From an uncultured Spirochaetota bacterium (GTDB lineage Bacteria > Spirochaetota > Spirochaetia > SZUA-6 > CAVTHK01): DNA of 64,000 nucleotides. The stretch spans positions 160,001 to 224,000 of the forward strand of contig CAVTHK010000002.1 of assembly GCA_963734495.1 (NCBI GenBank). Reading direction: 5' to 3'. The notes under the pieces were generated by a model. The model made no database searches. It had not been told where the DNA came from and saw only the letters and a list, made by a program, of their open reading frames with translations. Made by a program: the position numbers and the translations under genes. This document shows, one piece after another, positions 33,929 to 47,357 of this stretch (position 1 is its first letter; each line of letters starts with the position of its first letter).

Positions 33929-34944
33929 TGGCCAAGCTGCGGGCGGCGGCGATCGTCGCGCTGGCGCTCCTGGCTTCGTGCCTCTCGGCTCCAGAGCGCA
34001 GGGCGGTGGCGGAGGAGTACTACAACCTCGGCAACAACTACCTGGCCGCGGGCAAGGTGCAGCACGCGCTGTCGCTCTTCGAGATGGCGATCCGGACCGA
34101 CGCGTCTCTCCTGCAGGCTCACTACAACCTCAGCCTGGCTCTGCTGCGCCTGGGCCGCGGCGAAGAAGCGATGCGGATGCTGAACGACCTCCTCGCCCGC
34201 GATCCCGACAACCTGACCGTGATGTCCCTGCTGGGCTACGCGCTCTACACCCTCGGCCGCTACCCGGAGGCGCTCGACCGTTACGAGCGCATCCTCGCGC
34301 GCAGCCCCGGCGACAGGGACGCGCTTTACAATGAAGGCCTCGTGCTGTGGAAGCTCGAGCGCTACGAGGACGCGGCAAAGGCCTTTGCGACGGTCGCGGA
34401 TCGCGCCCCTGCCGACGATCTCGCCCTGGAGACGATGCTTCAGCTGGCGGCGCTGCGCCGGGAGCGCAAGGAATGGGACGCCTGCGCGCAGTCCCTGGAG
34501 CGCTACCTGGAGTGGAAGCCCCAGTCCGCCGACGTGCTGCTGCAGCTCGCGGCGGCATACAGGGAGCAGAAGAAATACCTTCCGGCGATCGAAGCTTACC
34601 GCCGCGCCGCGACGCTCGAGCCGGAAAAGGTCGAGGCCTGGTTCGGGCAGGCCGAGCTGCTGCTGACCGTCATCGACGATCCGGACGGCGGCCTGCTGGC
34701 CCTCGATCGCGCGCTCCGCGGAGGTTTCCAGGACAAGTCGCGTCTATCCGCGCTCCTGGCCGACGAACGGCTGTCGGACAAGGACCGCGTGAGGGCGCTG
34801 GTGACCCGTTGGGGGCTCCTCGATGAGTCGGGCAAGGCTCCTGACACCAAGGCCCAAGCCCCGGCACAGCCGCAGAGCGCGGCGCCGGCGCAGAGCCCCG
34901 CGCCGGCTCAGCCCCAGGACCAGGCTACGCCGGCGAGGCAGTAG
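33928..34944 (+). CDS. TPR-repeat lipoprotein with PAQ-rich tail
   Basis: Lipobox LLASC; multiple TPRs (YYNLGNNY, AHYNLSLA, ALYNEGLV). Confidence 0.85.
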   Translation: MAKLRAAAIVALALLASCLSAPERRAVAEEYYNLGNNYLAAGKVQHALSLFEMAIRTDASLLQAHYNLSLALLRLGRGEEAMRMLNDLLARDPDNLTVMSLLGYALYTLGRYPEALDRYERILARSPGDRDALYNEGLVLWKLERYEDAAKAFATVADRAPADDLALETMLQLAALRRERKEWDACAQSLERYLEWKPQSADVLLQLAAAYREQKKYLPAIEAYRRAATLEPEKVEAWFGQAELLLTVIDDPDGGLLALDRALRGGFQDKSRLSALLADERLSDKDRVRALVTRWGLLDESGKAPDTKAQAPAQPQSAAPAQSPAPAQPQDQATPARQ

Positions 34945-35200
34945 CGGGACCCTCGGCGGACAGGGGCACCACGGCGCCCCCCACGAGGCGGTAGCGGACG
35001 GCGCACCCGGCGGAGCAGAAAGGCTGCTCAGCCTGCCTGCCGGCTGATGCCCGATAGTAGCGGCCGCAGACCGAGCAGGCCACGTAGACGTAAGAGCAGG
35101 CGTGCGAGCAGAACATGTCCTTGTAAGCCGCCTCCCCGGATACGTAGCGGCCGCAGGTGTAGCATCGGCGGAAGGTCGGTGTCGAGTCGGCCGAAACCAT
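34925..35200 (-). CDS. small protein with two CxxC...FCSxxC (TRASH/MYM-like) zinc-finger repeats
   Basis: CYTCGRY...FCSHAC and CSVCGRY...FCSAGC; own TTGACG-N17-TATCCT promoter. Confidence 0.7.
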   Translation of the reverse strand: MVSADSTPTFRRCYTCGRYVSGEAAYKDMFCSHACSYVYVACSVCGRYYRASAGRQAEQPFCSAGCAVRYRLVGGAVVPLSAEGPATASPA

Positions 35201-35341
35201 AGCCGATAGGATAAGGGCGAGGCCGAACCGCGTCAACGGAGGGCGGGCGGCCGGGGCGGCCGCAGCCGGGGACGGAAAGCTGCGGAGTCCGCTCCGCGGC
35301 TTCTTTGCGACGAAAGATCCGCAACAATCGCTCTCAGGTGC

Positions 35342-35371
35342 TTGACAGTCTGAGAGGGTTTGGGGTATATA
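35342..35371 (+). promoter_or_regulatory. rRNA operon promoter
   Basis: TTGACA-N18-TATATA with GC-rich discriminator. Confidence 0.6.
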
Positions 35372-35458
35372 GGGCGTCCGTGCCCGGAGCCGGCTTGGGC
35401 TGGGGCGCGGGGCTGGGTTTAGCGGCGAGAGGCTGCGGGATCCGGCGGTGGATGGAGA

Positions 35459-35470
35459 GATCTTTGACAG
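35459..35470 (+). promoter_or_regulatory. boxA-like antitermination element (second copy at 37468-37479)
   Basis: TCTTTGACAG in both the 16S leader and the 16S-23S spacer. Confidence 0.55.
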
Positions 35471-35601
35471 GTAAGAGGGAAGGGGAGTAGTGGGGAGAGG
35501 GGAGATCCACGGAAGGGTGGATTTCTCGAGATGCCCGTTGGTTCTTTTGGGATCGATCGCTGTGGGTATGATGCTGTCCCTTCGGGGACAGCAATTATAT
35601 C

Positions 35602-37153
<1,552 letters not shown>

Positions 37154-37330
37154 TAGAGAAAGCTTTTCGTAGAACCGGTAAAACGGACATCCGGTGTCCG
37201 CTTCTTCCGTCCTCCCCCTGGAGCGCCCCAAAGGCTCTCCACCCCATTACTCCCCTCCCTCTTTCTTGAAGTCTCCGCGGAGCTGAGGCGTGCGCGCTCG
37301 ATGCAGGTTGCTCCGCGGGGTGTTGCGCCG

Positions 37331-37404
<74 letters not shown>

Positions 37405-37552
37405 GCAGGGCCGGCGGTGATGGCCGGCGGCGCCGGGACAAAAGGGTCCTGCGCGCTCGTGGGCGTGGTTCTTTGACAGGTTCGAGGCTGGGTTGGGGGT
37501 GCTTGAGGGCACGATTGGCTCAGCCGTAAGGGAAGGGGACAGGAGTTAATAT

Positions 37553-40542
<2,990 letters not shown>

Positions 40543-40739
40543 TATTATCTTGTGTCCTTTCCCCCCCTGCGATGCAGGGGCCCCCGTGGGCTTTGCCATT
40601 CCCGACCTTCGGTCGGGACCAGGGCGCCCTGGCGCCCACGGGGCCCTACATCCTGTAGGGCTGTCCGACATAGGCGAGGCTCGCGCCTCGCCGCACAAGC
40701 CTGCCCGCCCGCGGGGCAGGGGCAAGACAGACACTCAAT

Positions 40740-40856
<117 letters not shown>

Positions 40857-40908
40857 TTTTTTTTATCCGCGCCGACGCGTGCCGCCGCCGCTTCCGCGGG
40901 GGCGGCGC

Positions 40909-43311
40909 CTACGCCAGCCCGTGCTCGACGCGGCTGATGTGTATGAGTTGCTGCTCCTCGCCGAGCATGACGAAGTAAGCCGACCAGCCGCCCATGCGGA
41001 CGCGCAGGTGGCGGTACTTCTCGGGCTCTTTCATGGCGCGCCTCAGCTCCTCGACATCGGTGACCGTGGCGGTGAGCATGTTGCCGCCGAGGTCGACGAA
41101 CGCGCGGATCAGGGCCGCCAGGCGGCGGGTGCCCTGCTCGCCGCGCATCCCGCTCGCGGAAAAGCGCAGGTCGATCGGCGCGCCGCCTGCGAGCTCGTCC
41201 ACGCTCATCTTGAGGTAGGAGTTGATCGCGGCGGTCGGCCCGGACACGTCGGCGCCGGCGGCGGGGGACAGGTTGGCGGCGATCGCCTCGCCGGCATGCC
41301 GCCCGTCCGCGCTCGCCGCGAGCTCCTTTCCGATCATCGCGTACCAGGAGAAGGTGCCGATCGAGCACGGGAAGATCACACCCGGGTGGCGCGAGGCGTG
41401 GGCGCGGGTGCGGTCGACGTACCAGCGCATCATCTCACGGCCGATCTCGTCCGCGGAATCGTCGTCGTTGGCGAAGCGCGGAGCGCGCGCGGCGAATCGG
41501 CGGCGCAGGTTCTCGAATCCCTGCCAGTCGGCATCGAGGGCCTCGAGGAGCTCGCCCATGGTCACCGCGCCCTGCTCGAAGACGAGCGTGCGGATCGCCG
41601 AGGCCGCGTCGACGGCGTTGGCCAGCGCCTCGCCCATCACGTGCCAGATGCGGTAGCGGGCGCCGCCGCGGATGATGTCCCGCTCGCGCGCGAGGCAGTC
41701 CAGGGTGAGGGCCGACAGCAGGGGGTTGTAGCGGAAACGCCCGTGGCTGCTGTGCTCGAGCGAGCCGCTCTCGATGCCGGACCCGATGTGGTCGATCCCG
41801 CGCTGCAAGTGCGTGTCCGCCTGCTGCTTCCAGGCTTCCATGAGCTGGTCAAAGGACTTCCACTCGCGCGGGTCGCCGGTGTCGAGCCCCATCTGCCCGT
41901 GGACGCGCGAGCGGCCCCTGTGCAGGGCGAGCTCGAGGAACAGCAGGAAGTTCATCCCCCGGATCAGCTCCTGGTCGCTGCGCCCCTCGATCATCGTCTC
42001 CCAGCAGTTGGAATTGGCGTAGTCGCGGGCGTCCTCGATCGGAACCCCGAGGGCGGCATAGGCGGGCGCGAGGACGTCGTCGTTGTTGATAAAGGGCATC
42101 CCCCCGCCGCCTTTGAGCACCTCCGCAGCCCGGTCCACGAGCTCGTGCGGCGAGCCCTTGTGCAACCGCAGCGTCACGACCGGCTGCGTCACCGCGAGCT
42201 TCTCCATGGCGTTCAGGCAGAGCCACGTGAGCTCGTTGGTCCCGTCGCTTCCGTCGGGCCTGATGCCGGCGAGCAGGAGGTTCTGCCCGAAGTGGTTGAT
42301 CGCATCGGCGGCGTCGGTCGCCTTGCCCGGCCGCTTGCGGTGCCCGGCCGCTTCGCTCTCGTCGGCGGTATCGACGATCATGACGGCGTCGGGGGGGCGC
42401 CCGGCCGCATCCGCGCCGGCGGCTTTCGTGTAGAAGTTCTCGCGCACGATCTGCGAGCGGTCGTTGAACCGCAGCCACAGACAGTCGATCAGCTCCTGCG
42501 CGGCTTCCAGCGTGATCGCGCCCGACTCGAGGTCGCGCCGCAGGCTGGGGTGGAGGTACTGGTCGAGGCGTCCGCAGGAGATCTTGGTGCCCGATACATG
42601 GAACGCGTGGTTCAGGAACCAGAAGGACTGCACCGCTTCGTGGAAGGATCCCGCCGGGTGCTCGGGCACGCGCCGGCACGCGGCAGCGATCCGCGCGAGC
42701 TCCGCGCGCCGCGGCCCGGAGGCGCCGGTGGCAAGCGCTTCGGCGAGCGCGGCGTAGCGGCGGGCAAAGCCGATGACGGCGCGGCACTCGATGCCGCAGG
42801 CTTCGAGGAACGCGAGCGTCTCGCCGCGTTCGGCGTCAGGCGGCCGGCGGCGGACTTCTTCAATTTTCTCCTCGATCTCCTCTATGACGCCGCCGAGCCC
42901 CTTGTCCATGAGGTCGTAGTAGTAGGGCGTCTTGTGCGAGAGGTGGTCCGTGATGGGAGCGCCGAGCCTGCGCGCCTCCGCGTGCTCGGCGGCGGTGGCG
43001 AAGTCCGGAAGCCCCGTGCGCAGCACCACCCCGTCGCGCAGGACCATGCCGACGACGAGGTCGTCGGCCTCGATCGCGATCGGGATCTCGCGCAGCAGCT
43101 TCTCGAGGGCCCGCGCGTGGCGCACCGCGAGCGGCGAGGCGGCGACCTCGGGGTCGTCGAGGACGGTGAGCTGCCTTCCCCACGTCACTTGAGGCCGAGT
43201 CATGCGGTCGCGCAGAACGGCGTAGAGCCGTTCCACGCGATCGGTGTGAGCCACGGCTGCGAGCGCGGCCGGCGCGAAGAGCGTTGTCCGTCCAGGTGAT
43301 GCGACTGCCAC
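40909..43311 (-). CDS. glycyl radical enzyme (PFL superfamily), substrate unknown, 800 aa
   Basis: SD GAGGAGG before GTG; QSFWF, GRLDQYL, DGTNELT, Cys loop DYANSNCWE, Gly loop LRVRMGGWSAYF. Confidence 0.92.
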   Translation of the reverse strand: MAVASPGRTTLFAPAALAAVAHTDRVERLYAVLRDRMTRPQVTWGRQLTVLDDPEVAASPLAVRHARALEKLLREIPIAIEADDLVVGMVLRDGVVLRTGLPDFATAAEHAEARRLGAPITDHLSHKTPYYYDLMDKGLGGVIEEIEEKIEEVRRRPPDAERGETLAFLEACGIECRAVIGFARRYAALAEALATGASGPRRAELARIAAACRRVPEHPAGSFHEAVQSFWFLNHAFHVSGTKISCGRLDQYLHPSLRRDLESGAITLEAAQELIDCLWLRFNDRSQIVRENFYTKAAGADAAGRPPDAVMIVDTADESEAAGHRKRPGKATDAADAINHFGQNLLLAGIRPDGSDGTNELTWLCLNAMEKLAVTQPVVTLRLHKGSPHELVDRAAEVLKGGGGMPFINNDDVLAPAYAALGVPIEDARDYANSNCWETMIEGRSDQELIRGMNFLLFLELALHRGRSRVHGQMGLDTGDPREWKSFDQLMEAWKQQADTHLQRGIDHIGSGIESGSLEHSSHGRFRYNPLLSALTLDCLARERDIIRGGARYRIWHVMGEALANAVDAASAIRTLVFEQGAVTMGELLEALDADWQGFENLRRRFAARAPRFANDDDSADEIGREMMRWYVDRTRAHASRHPGVIFPCSIGTFSWYAMIGKELAASADGRHAGEAIAANLSPAAGADVSGPTAAINSYLKMSVDELAGGAPIDLRFSASGMRGEQGTRRLAALIRAFVDLGGNMLTATVTDVEELRRAMKEPEKYRHLRVRMGGWSAYFVMLGEEQQLIHISRVEHGLA

Positions 43312-43325
43312 GGCGATCCCCTCCT

Positions 43326-44282
43326 CTATCCCCCGATGTGAATCTCGAGGCCGCTCGCGCGGCCGACGGCTGCGAGGCGATCCATGGTCCCGCCGCTCTG
43401 GGCCTGCGTCCCCTCGAGGGGGTAGCGGCGGCCGATCCAGCGATACTTGGCGGCGGCGGCGGCGTTGTAGGGCAGGAGCGTGAGCTCCCTGAATCCGAGG
43501 CCCGCGACAAAGGCCGCCACGCGCGCGATGTGGGGCTCGTCGTCGTTGACGCCGGCGATGCACGGCACGCGCACATGCACCGCCGGGTGGGAGGCCGCGA
43601 GCCGCTCGAGGTTGGCGAGGATCGTGTCGTTCGGAGCCCCGGTGAGGCGCGCGTGCGCTTCGGAGTCCATGTGCTTGACGTCGTAGAGGACGAGGTCCGC
43701 GGCGCTCGCGACCGCGGCGAGGGTCTCCCAGGGGGCATAGCCGCAGGTCTCGAGCGCGGTGTCGATGCCGTCCCCGCGGCACGCCCGGAGCAGCTCGCAC
43801 GCGAACTCCGGCTGCTGCGTCGGCTCACCGCCGCTCAGCGTCATGCCGCCGCCGCTGGCGCGGAAATAGGCGAGGTCGCGGGCGATCGAGCGCGCGAGCT
43901 CGGCGGCGCTCACGGAGCGGCCCGCCATCCGCAGCGCGCCCGGGTAGCAGACCGCGGCGCAGCGGCCGCACGCGGTGCACGCGGAGCGGTCGATGGCCGC
44001 GCGGCCGCCGGGGCCCGCCTCGTCCGCGAACAACGCGCCTTCGGGGCACTCGCCGAAGCAGAGGCCGCACGCGGTGCAGCGTTCGGGCTGGTAGATCAGC
44101 TGGGGCTTCGCGGCCTGGGACTCGGGGCTGTGGCACCACCGGCAGGCGAGCGGGCACCCCTTGAGAAAGACCACGGTCCGGATGCCGGGTCCATCGTGCG
44201 AGGCAAAACGGTCCACGTCCAGGACCAGGCCCCTGACCGCACGGGGGTCGCCTTCGCTTGGTTCCGCTTCAGGTTCGCTCAC
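43326..44282 (-). CDS. glycyl-radical enzyme activating enzyme (radical SAM with ferredoxin insert)
   Basis: HDGPGIRTVVFLKGCPLACRWCHSPE; two CxxCxxCxxxC motifs; TLSGGEP. Confidence 0.95.
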   Translation of the reverse strand: MSEPEAEPSEGDPRAVRGLVLDVDRFASHDGPGIRTVVFLKGCPLACRWCHSPESQAAKPQLIYQPERCTACGLCFGECPEGALFADEAGPGGRAAIDRSACTACGRCAAVCYPGALRMAGRSVSAAELARSIARDLAYFRASGGGMTLSGGEPTQQPEFACELLRACRGDGIDTALETCGYAPWETLAAVASAADLVLYDVKHMDSEAHARLTGAPNDTILANLERLAASHPAVHVRVPCIAGVNDDEPHIARVAAFVAGLGFRELTLLPYNAAAAAKYRWIGRRYPLEGTQAQSGGTMDRLAAVGRASGLEIHIGG

Positions 44283-44324
44283 TGATCCTCGATCGTAGCG
44301 CGACGGGCGGCGGGGTGTAAAGCG

Positions 44325-45368
44325 CTATGCGCGACCCTGCACGCCGCGGACCATCGCCTTGATCGTGCCGACTGCGAACGCTTCGGCTGCGCGCGCGCCG
44401 CCGACCATGCGCGGGAGGTGATCGGACATGACGGCTCCGTCGTAGTCGACGCCGTGCAGCGCCTCCATCACGCGATGCATGTCCATGTACCCGTCGTCCA
44501 GGAACGTCTCCGTGAAGCCTTCGGGCATCGGCGCCGTGACGTTGCGAAAGTGCACCTTGAAGAGCTTCCGCCGCTTCCCGAAGTACCGGATCGCCTCGAC
44601 GACGTCCTTGCCCATCGCGGTTCCGCCTTCGAGCCAGCATCCGGTGCAGAGGCAGACGCCGACGTTCGGGCTGTCCGCGATCTCGATCGCCCTCTTGTAG
44701 CCGGCGAACGTGCCGAAGAGGCAGCGGGGCACGCCCCCGAGCGGATAGACCGGCGGATCGTCGGGATGGATGCCGATGAACACCCCCGACTCCTCGGCCA
44801 CCGGGACGACCTTGCGGATGAACCAGGAAAAGTTGTCCCAGAGCTCTTCCTCGCTGTAGCGCCGGCCGTGCGAAAGCGGCTCGCGCCACTCCTGCCCGAC
44901 CCATCGCCCGACCGTCGGGCGATCGATGTGGAAGGCGCGCGCCACCGCTCCGCCGCGGATCGGCTCGGGCTCGCCGCTCCAGATGCCGTTCCCCATGTGA
45001 GCGTACGTGGAGTAGCGGATGCCCGCCTCGCCCAGGGCGCGGATGTAGGCCAGATACTCCTCGATCTTCGCGTCGCGGCCCTCGAGGGCGAGCGTCACCT
45101 CGGGCATGTTGTGGCATCGGAGGTTCCCGAGGCGATAGACCTTGAGCCCGTGCCGCTCGACGCGCTCGCGGAACGACGCGTAGCTCTCGGCCGGGCGGCC
45201 GTGCTGGTCGTGGGCCATCTCCGTCATGACCCACTCGACGCCGAGCTGCTGCACGAACCGGATGTCCTCCTCCGACGCGTCCCAGGCCAGCTTGGTGCCG
45301 ACCTGGATGCCCGGCCGGCCGGCGACGTAGCCGGGCACGGCCTTGAGCGGGTAGCCTTTTGCTTCCAT
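44325..45368 (-). CDS. mannonate dehydratase (UxuA)-like protein
   Basis: ELWDNFSWFIRKVVPVAEESGV.IGIHPDDPP, LCTGC, VHFRNV, ETFLDDG.MDM, DHLP. Confidence 0.8.
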   Translation of the reverse strand: MEAKGYPLKAVPGYVAGRPGIQVGTKLAWDASEEDIRFVQQLGVEWVMTEMAHDQHGRPAESYASFRERVERHGLKVYRLGNLRCHNMPEVTLALEGRDAKIEEYLAYIRALGEAGIRYSTYAHMGNGIWSGEPEPIRGGAVARAFHIDRPTVGRWVGQEWREPLSHGRRYSEEELWDNFSWFIRKVVPVAEESGVFIGIHPDDPPVYPLGGVPRCLFGTFAGYKRAIEIADSPNVGVCLCTGCWLEGGTAMGKDVVEAIRYFGKRRKLFKVHFRNVTAPMPEGFTETFLDDGYMDMHRVMEALHGVDYDGAVMSDHLPRMVGGARAAEAFAVGTIKAMVRGVQGRA

Positions 45369-45448
45369 GGGGATCCTTTCGCGCGTCGAGTATGGTCCGG
45401 CGGTCGCCGCCCGCGCAAGCCGGGCCTCTTTGGGATTAAGCTGAAGGT

Positions 45449-46387
45449 ATGCATCCGCTCTGGGGCCCCTACGGCCGCGCGGCCGCCGCGCTGGCCGCGC
45501 GCGTCGCGGAAAGCGGCGCCAACGCGATCTGGTTCCACGGCTTCGACCCGGAGGCGTTCGAGTCCTGCGCGCGCGCCGGCCTTGAGCCCTGCGTCGAGCT
45601 CAAGACGTTCCGCGCCGACTTCGCCGCGAGGCCCGACCTCGCGCCGATCGGCGTCGACGGGAAGCCGATCCGGTACGGCCGGCTCGTGCAAGGCGTGTGC
45701 CTGAGCCGGCGCGATTTCGTCGACGCGATCGGGGAGAGTCTCGAGGCGGGGCTCGACGCGTTCGCTCCGGCGGGCGTGTGGCTCGACTACCTGAGCTACG
45801 CCGGGTGGTTCGAGACGCCGGAGCCGGACCTGCAGGAGAGCTGCTTCTGCCGCGACTGCATCGCCGAGTTCTGTGAGGCCACCGGTATCGACGCAGGCAC
45901 GCCTGCCGGGATCCTGGCGCACCACGCGCAGGCCTGGACCGACCACAAGTGCCGGCGCATAGCGGCCTTCGCGCGCCGGTATGCGGCCATCATCCGGGCG
46001 AAGCGGCCGGGCTGCGTCGTCGGCGCCTACATGTGTCCCTGGACGCCGGCGGAGCACGACGGCGCGCTGCGCCGGATCTTCGCGCAGGACTACTCCCTGC
46101 TCGCCGGCGCGATCGACGTCTTTACGCCCCTGATCTACGCGCAGAAGAGCGGCCGCCCGCCGTCGTGGGCCGCGGAGCTCCTCGCGGGCTCGCGCGCCTT
46201 TGTTCCGCCGGGCGCCCGCGTGCAGCTCATCCTCGACGCGCTGGACTTTCCCGCGTCCATGGAGGCGGCGGCCGCATCGCCCGCCCGGTCGTACGGGCTG
46301 CAGATGTTCGGCGGCGCGTCCCTGTTCGAGGATCAAGACAGGCTCGCGGTCTGGACGCGACTCGTCACGCGCATGCGCGGCCGCTGA
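45449..46387 (+). CDS. hypothetical TIM-barrel glycoside-hydrolase-like protein (GHL10-like)
   Basis: VCLS, GVWLDYLSY, CFCRDC, AQDY, DVFTPLIY. Confidence 0.6.
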   Translation: MHPLWGPYGRAAAALAARVAESGANAIWFHGFDPEAFESCARAGLEPCVELKTFRADFAARPDLAPIGVDGKPIRYGRLVQGVCLSRRDFVDAIGESLEAGLDAFAPAGVWLDYLSYAGWFETPEPDLQESCFCRDCIAEFCEATGIDAGTPAGILAHHAQAWTDHKCRRIAAFARRYAAIIRAKRPGCVVGAYMCPWTPAEHDGALRRIFAQDYSLLAGAIDVFTPLIYAQKSGRPPSWAAELLAGSRAFVPPGARVQLILDALDFPASMEAAAASPARSYGLQMFGGASLFEDQDRLAVWTRLVTRMRGR

Positions 46388-47263
46388 TTACGGCTTCGGC
46401 TCCTTGCGCGCGACCCACGCCGTGGGGTTCTTCCATTCGTTCGCCTTCCACGGCATGTTCTTCGGCGTCACGAGCGGCAGGATTTCGCGGTAGAGCGCAA
46501 GGCGCTCCTCGCCGGTCATCGGCTGGAAGCTCTCGGCCACGGCCAGGTCCGCCTCCAGCTCCTCCATCTGGGAGCAGCCCACGATGACCGTGCTCACGGG
46601 GAGCGCGAGGGTGTATCGCAGGGCCCGATCGGCGACACGAACGAGCGCGCCGAGGGCGAAGACCTTCATGCCGATCGTGGCCACGCCGCGCGCGTTGGCG
46701 AACGGGAGGAGCTCCTCGGCGAAGCTGTAGACGAAGTGGTCGAGCGCCGACAGCGCGACGAGCACGCTGTCGAAGGGGAAGCGGCGCAGGGCCTCGATCT
46801 GGATCTGCGGGTCCGTGTGGCCGCTGATGCTGATGTGCCGGACCAAGCCTTCATCTTTTGCCTTGACCATGGCCTCGAGGACGCCGCCTTTCGCGAACCC
46901 GCTGTCCAGGTCCGGGAAGCTCTTGACGTTGTGCATCCGCCACTCGTCGACGTGGTCCGTCTGCAGGCGGCCGAGGCTCTGCTCGAGCTGCCTGCGCGCG
47001 CCGTCGCGCGTGCGGTCCGTCGCCTTGGTCGCGATCCACATCTCGCGGCGCCGCCGCTTCGCCACGAGGCCGACCCGCTGCTCCGACTGGCCCTCGGAGT
47101 AGGCCCAGGCCGTGTCGAAGTAGCGGATGCCCCGCTCGAGGGCGCGCTCCAGGATCGCGACCGCCTGCTCTTCGCCGCACCGGTGGGCGTCGACGATCCG
47201 CTGGCATCCGAGGCTCAGGATCGGGAAGCGCTCGCCGGTCCTGCCGAAGGGACGCGTATCCAT
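46388..47263 (-). CDS. aldo/keto reductase
   Basis: RPFGRTG, GIRYFDTAWAY, ATK, LEQSLGRLQTDHVD, ISGH. Confidence 0.88.
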   Translation of the reverse strand: MDTRPFGRTGERFPILSLGCQRIVDAHRCGEEQAVAILERALERGIRYFDTAWAYSEGQSEQRVGLVAKRRRREMWIATKATDRTRDGARRQLEQSLGRLQTDHVDEWRMHNVKSFPDLDSGFAKGGVLEAMVKAKDEGLVRHISISGHTDPQIQIEALRRFPFDSVLVALSALDHFVYSFAEELLPFANARGVATIGMKVFALGALVRVADRALRYTLALPVSTVIVGCSQMEELEADLAVAESFQPMTGEERLALYREILPLVTPKNMPWKANEWKNPTAWVARKEPKP

Positions 47264-47357
47264 GGTCGGGCCTCCTTTACGGCCCGGCAGCATAGCCGCG
47301 GCCGGGCGGCGTGTCCATGCTCTTGATCCGTGCGCGCAAACGGGTGATGATCGCGCC

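Noticed and set aside
34850-34935. Tandem DNA repeat
   Set aside because: Only an imperfect PAQ-rich low-complexity protein tail
40909-43311. Calling the GRE pyruvate formate-lyase, CutC or a microcompartment enzyme
   Set aside because: No CC pair or GCVE motif, and no shell genes nearby
43312-43800. 963-aa version of the GRE
   Set aside because: The extension overlaps the activase in another frame; SD GAGGAGG supports GTG 43311
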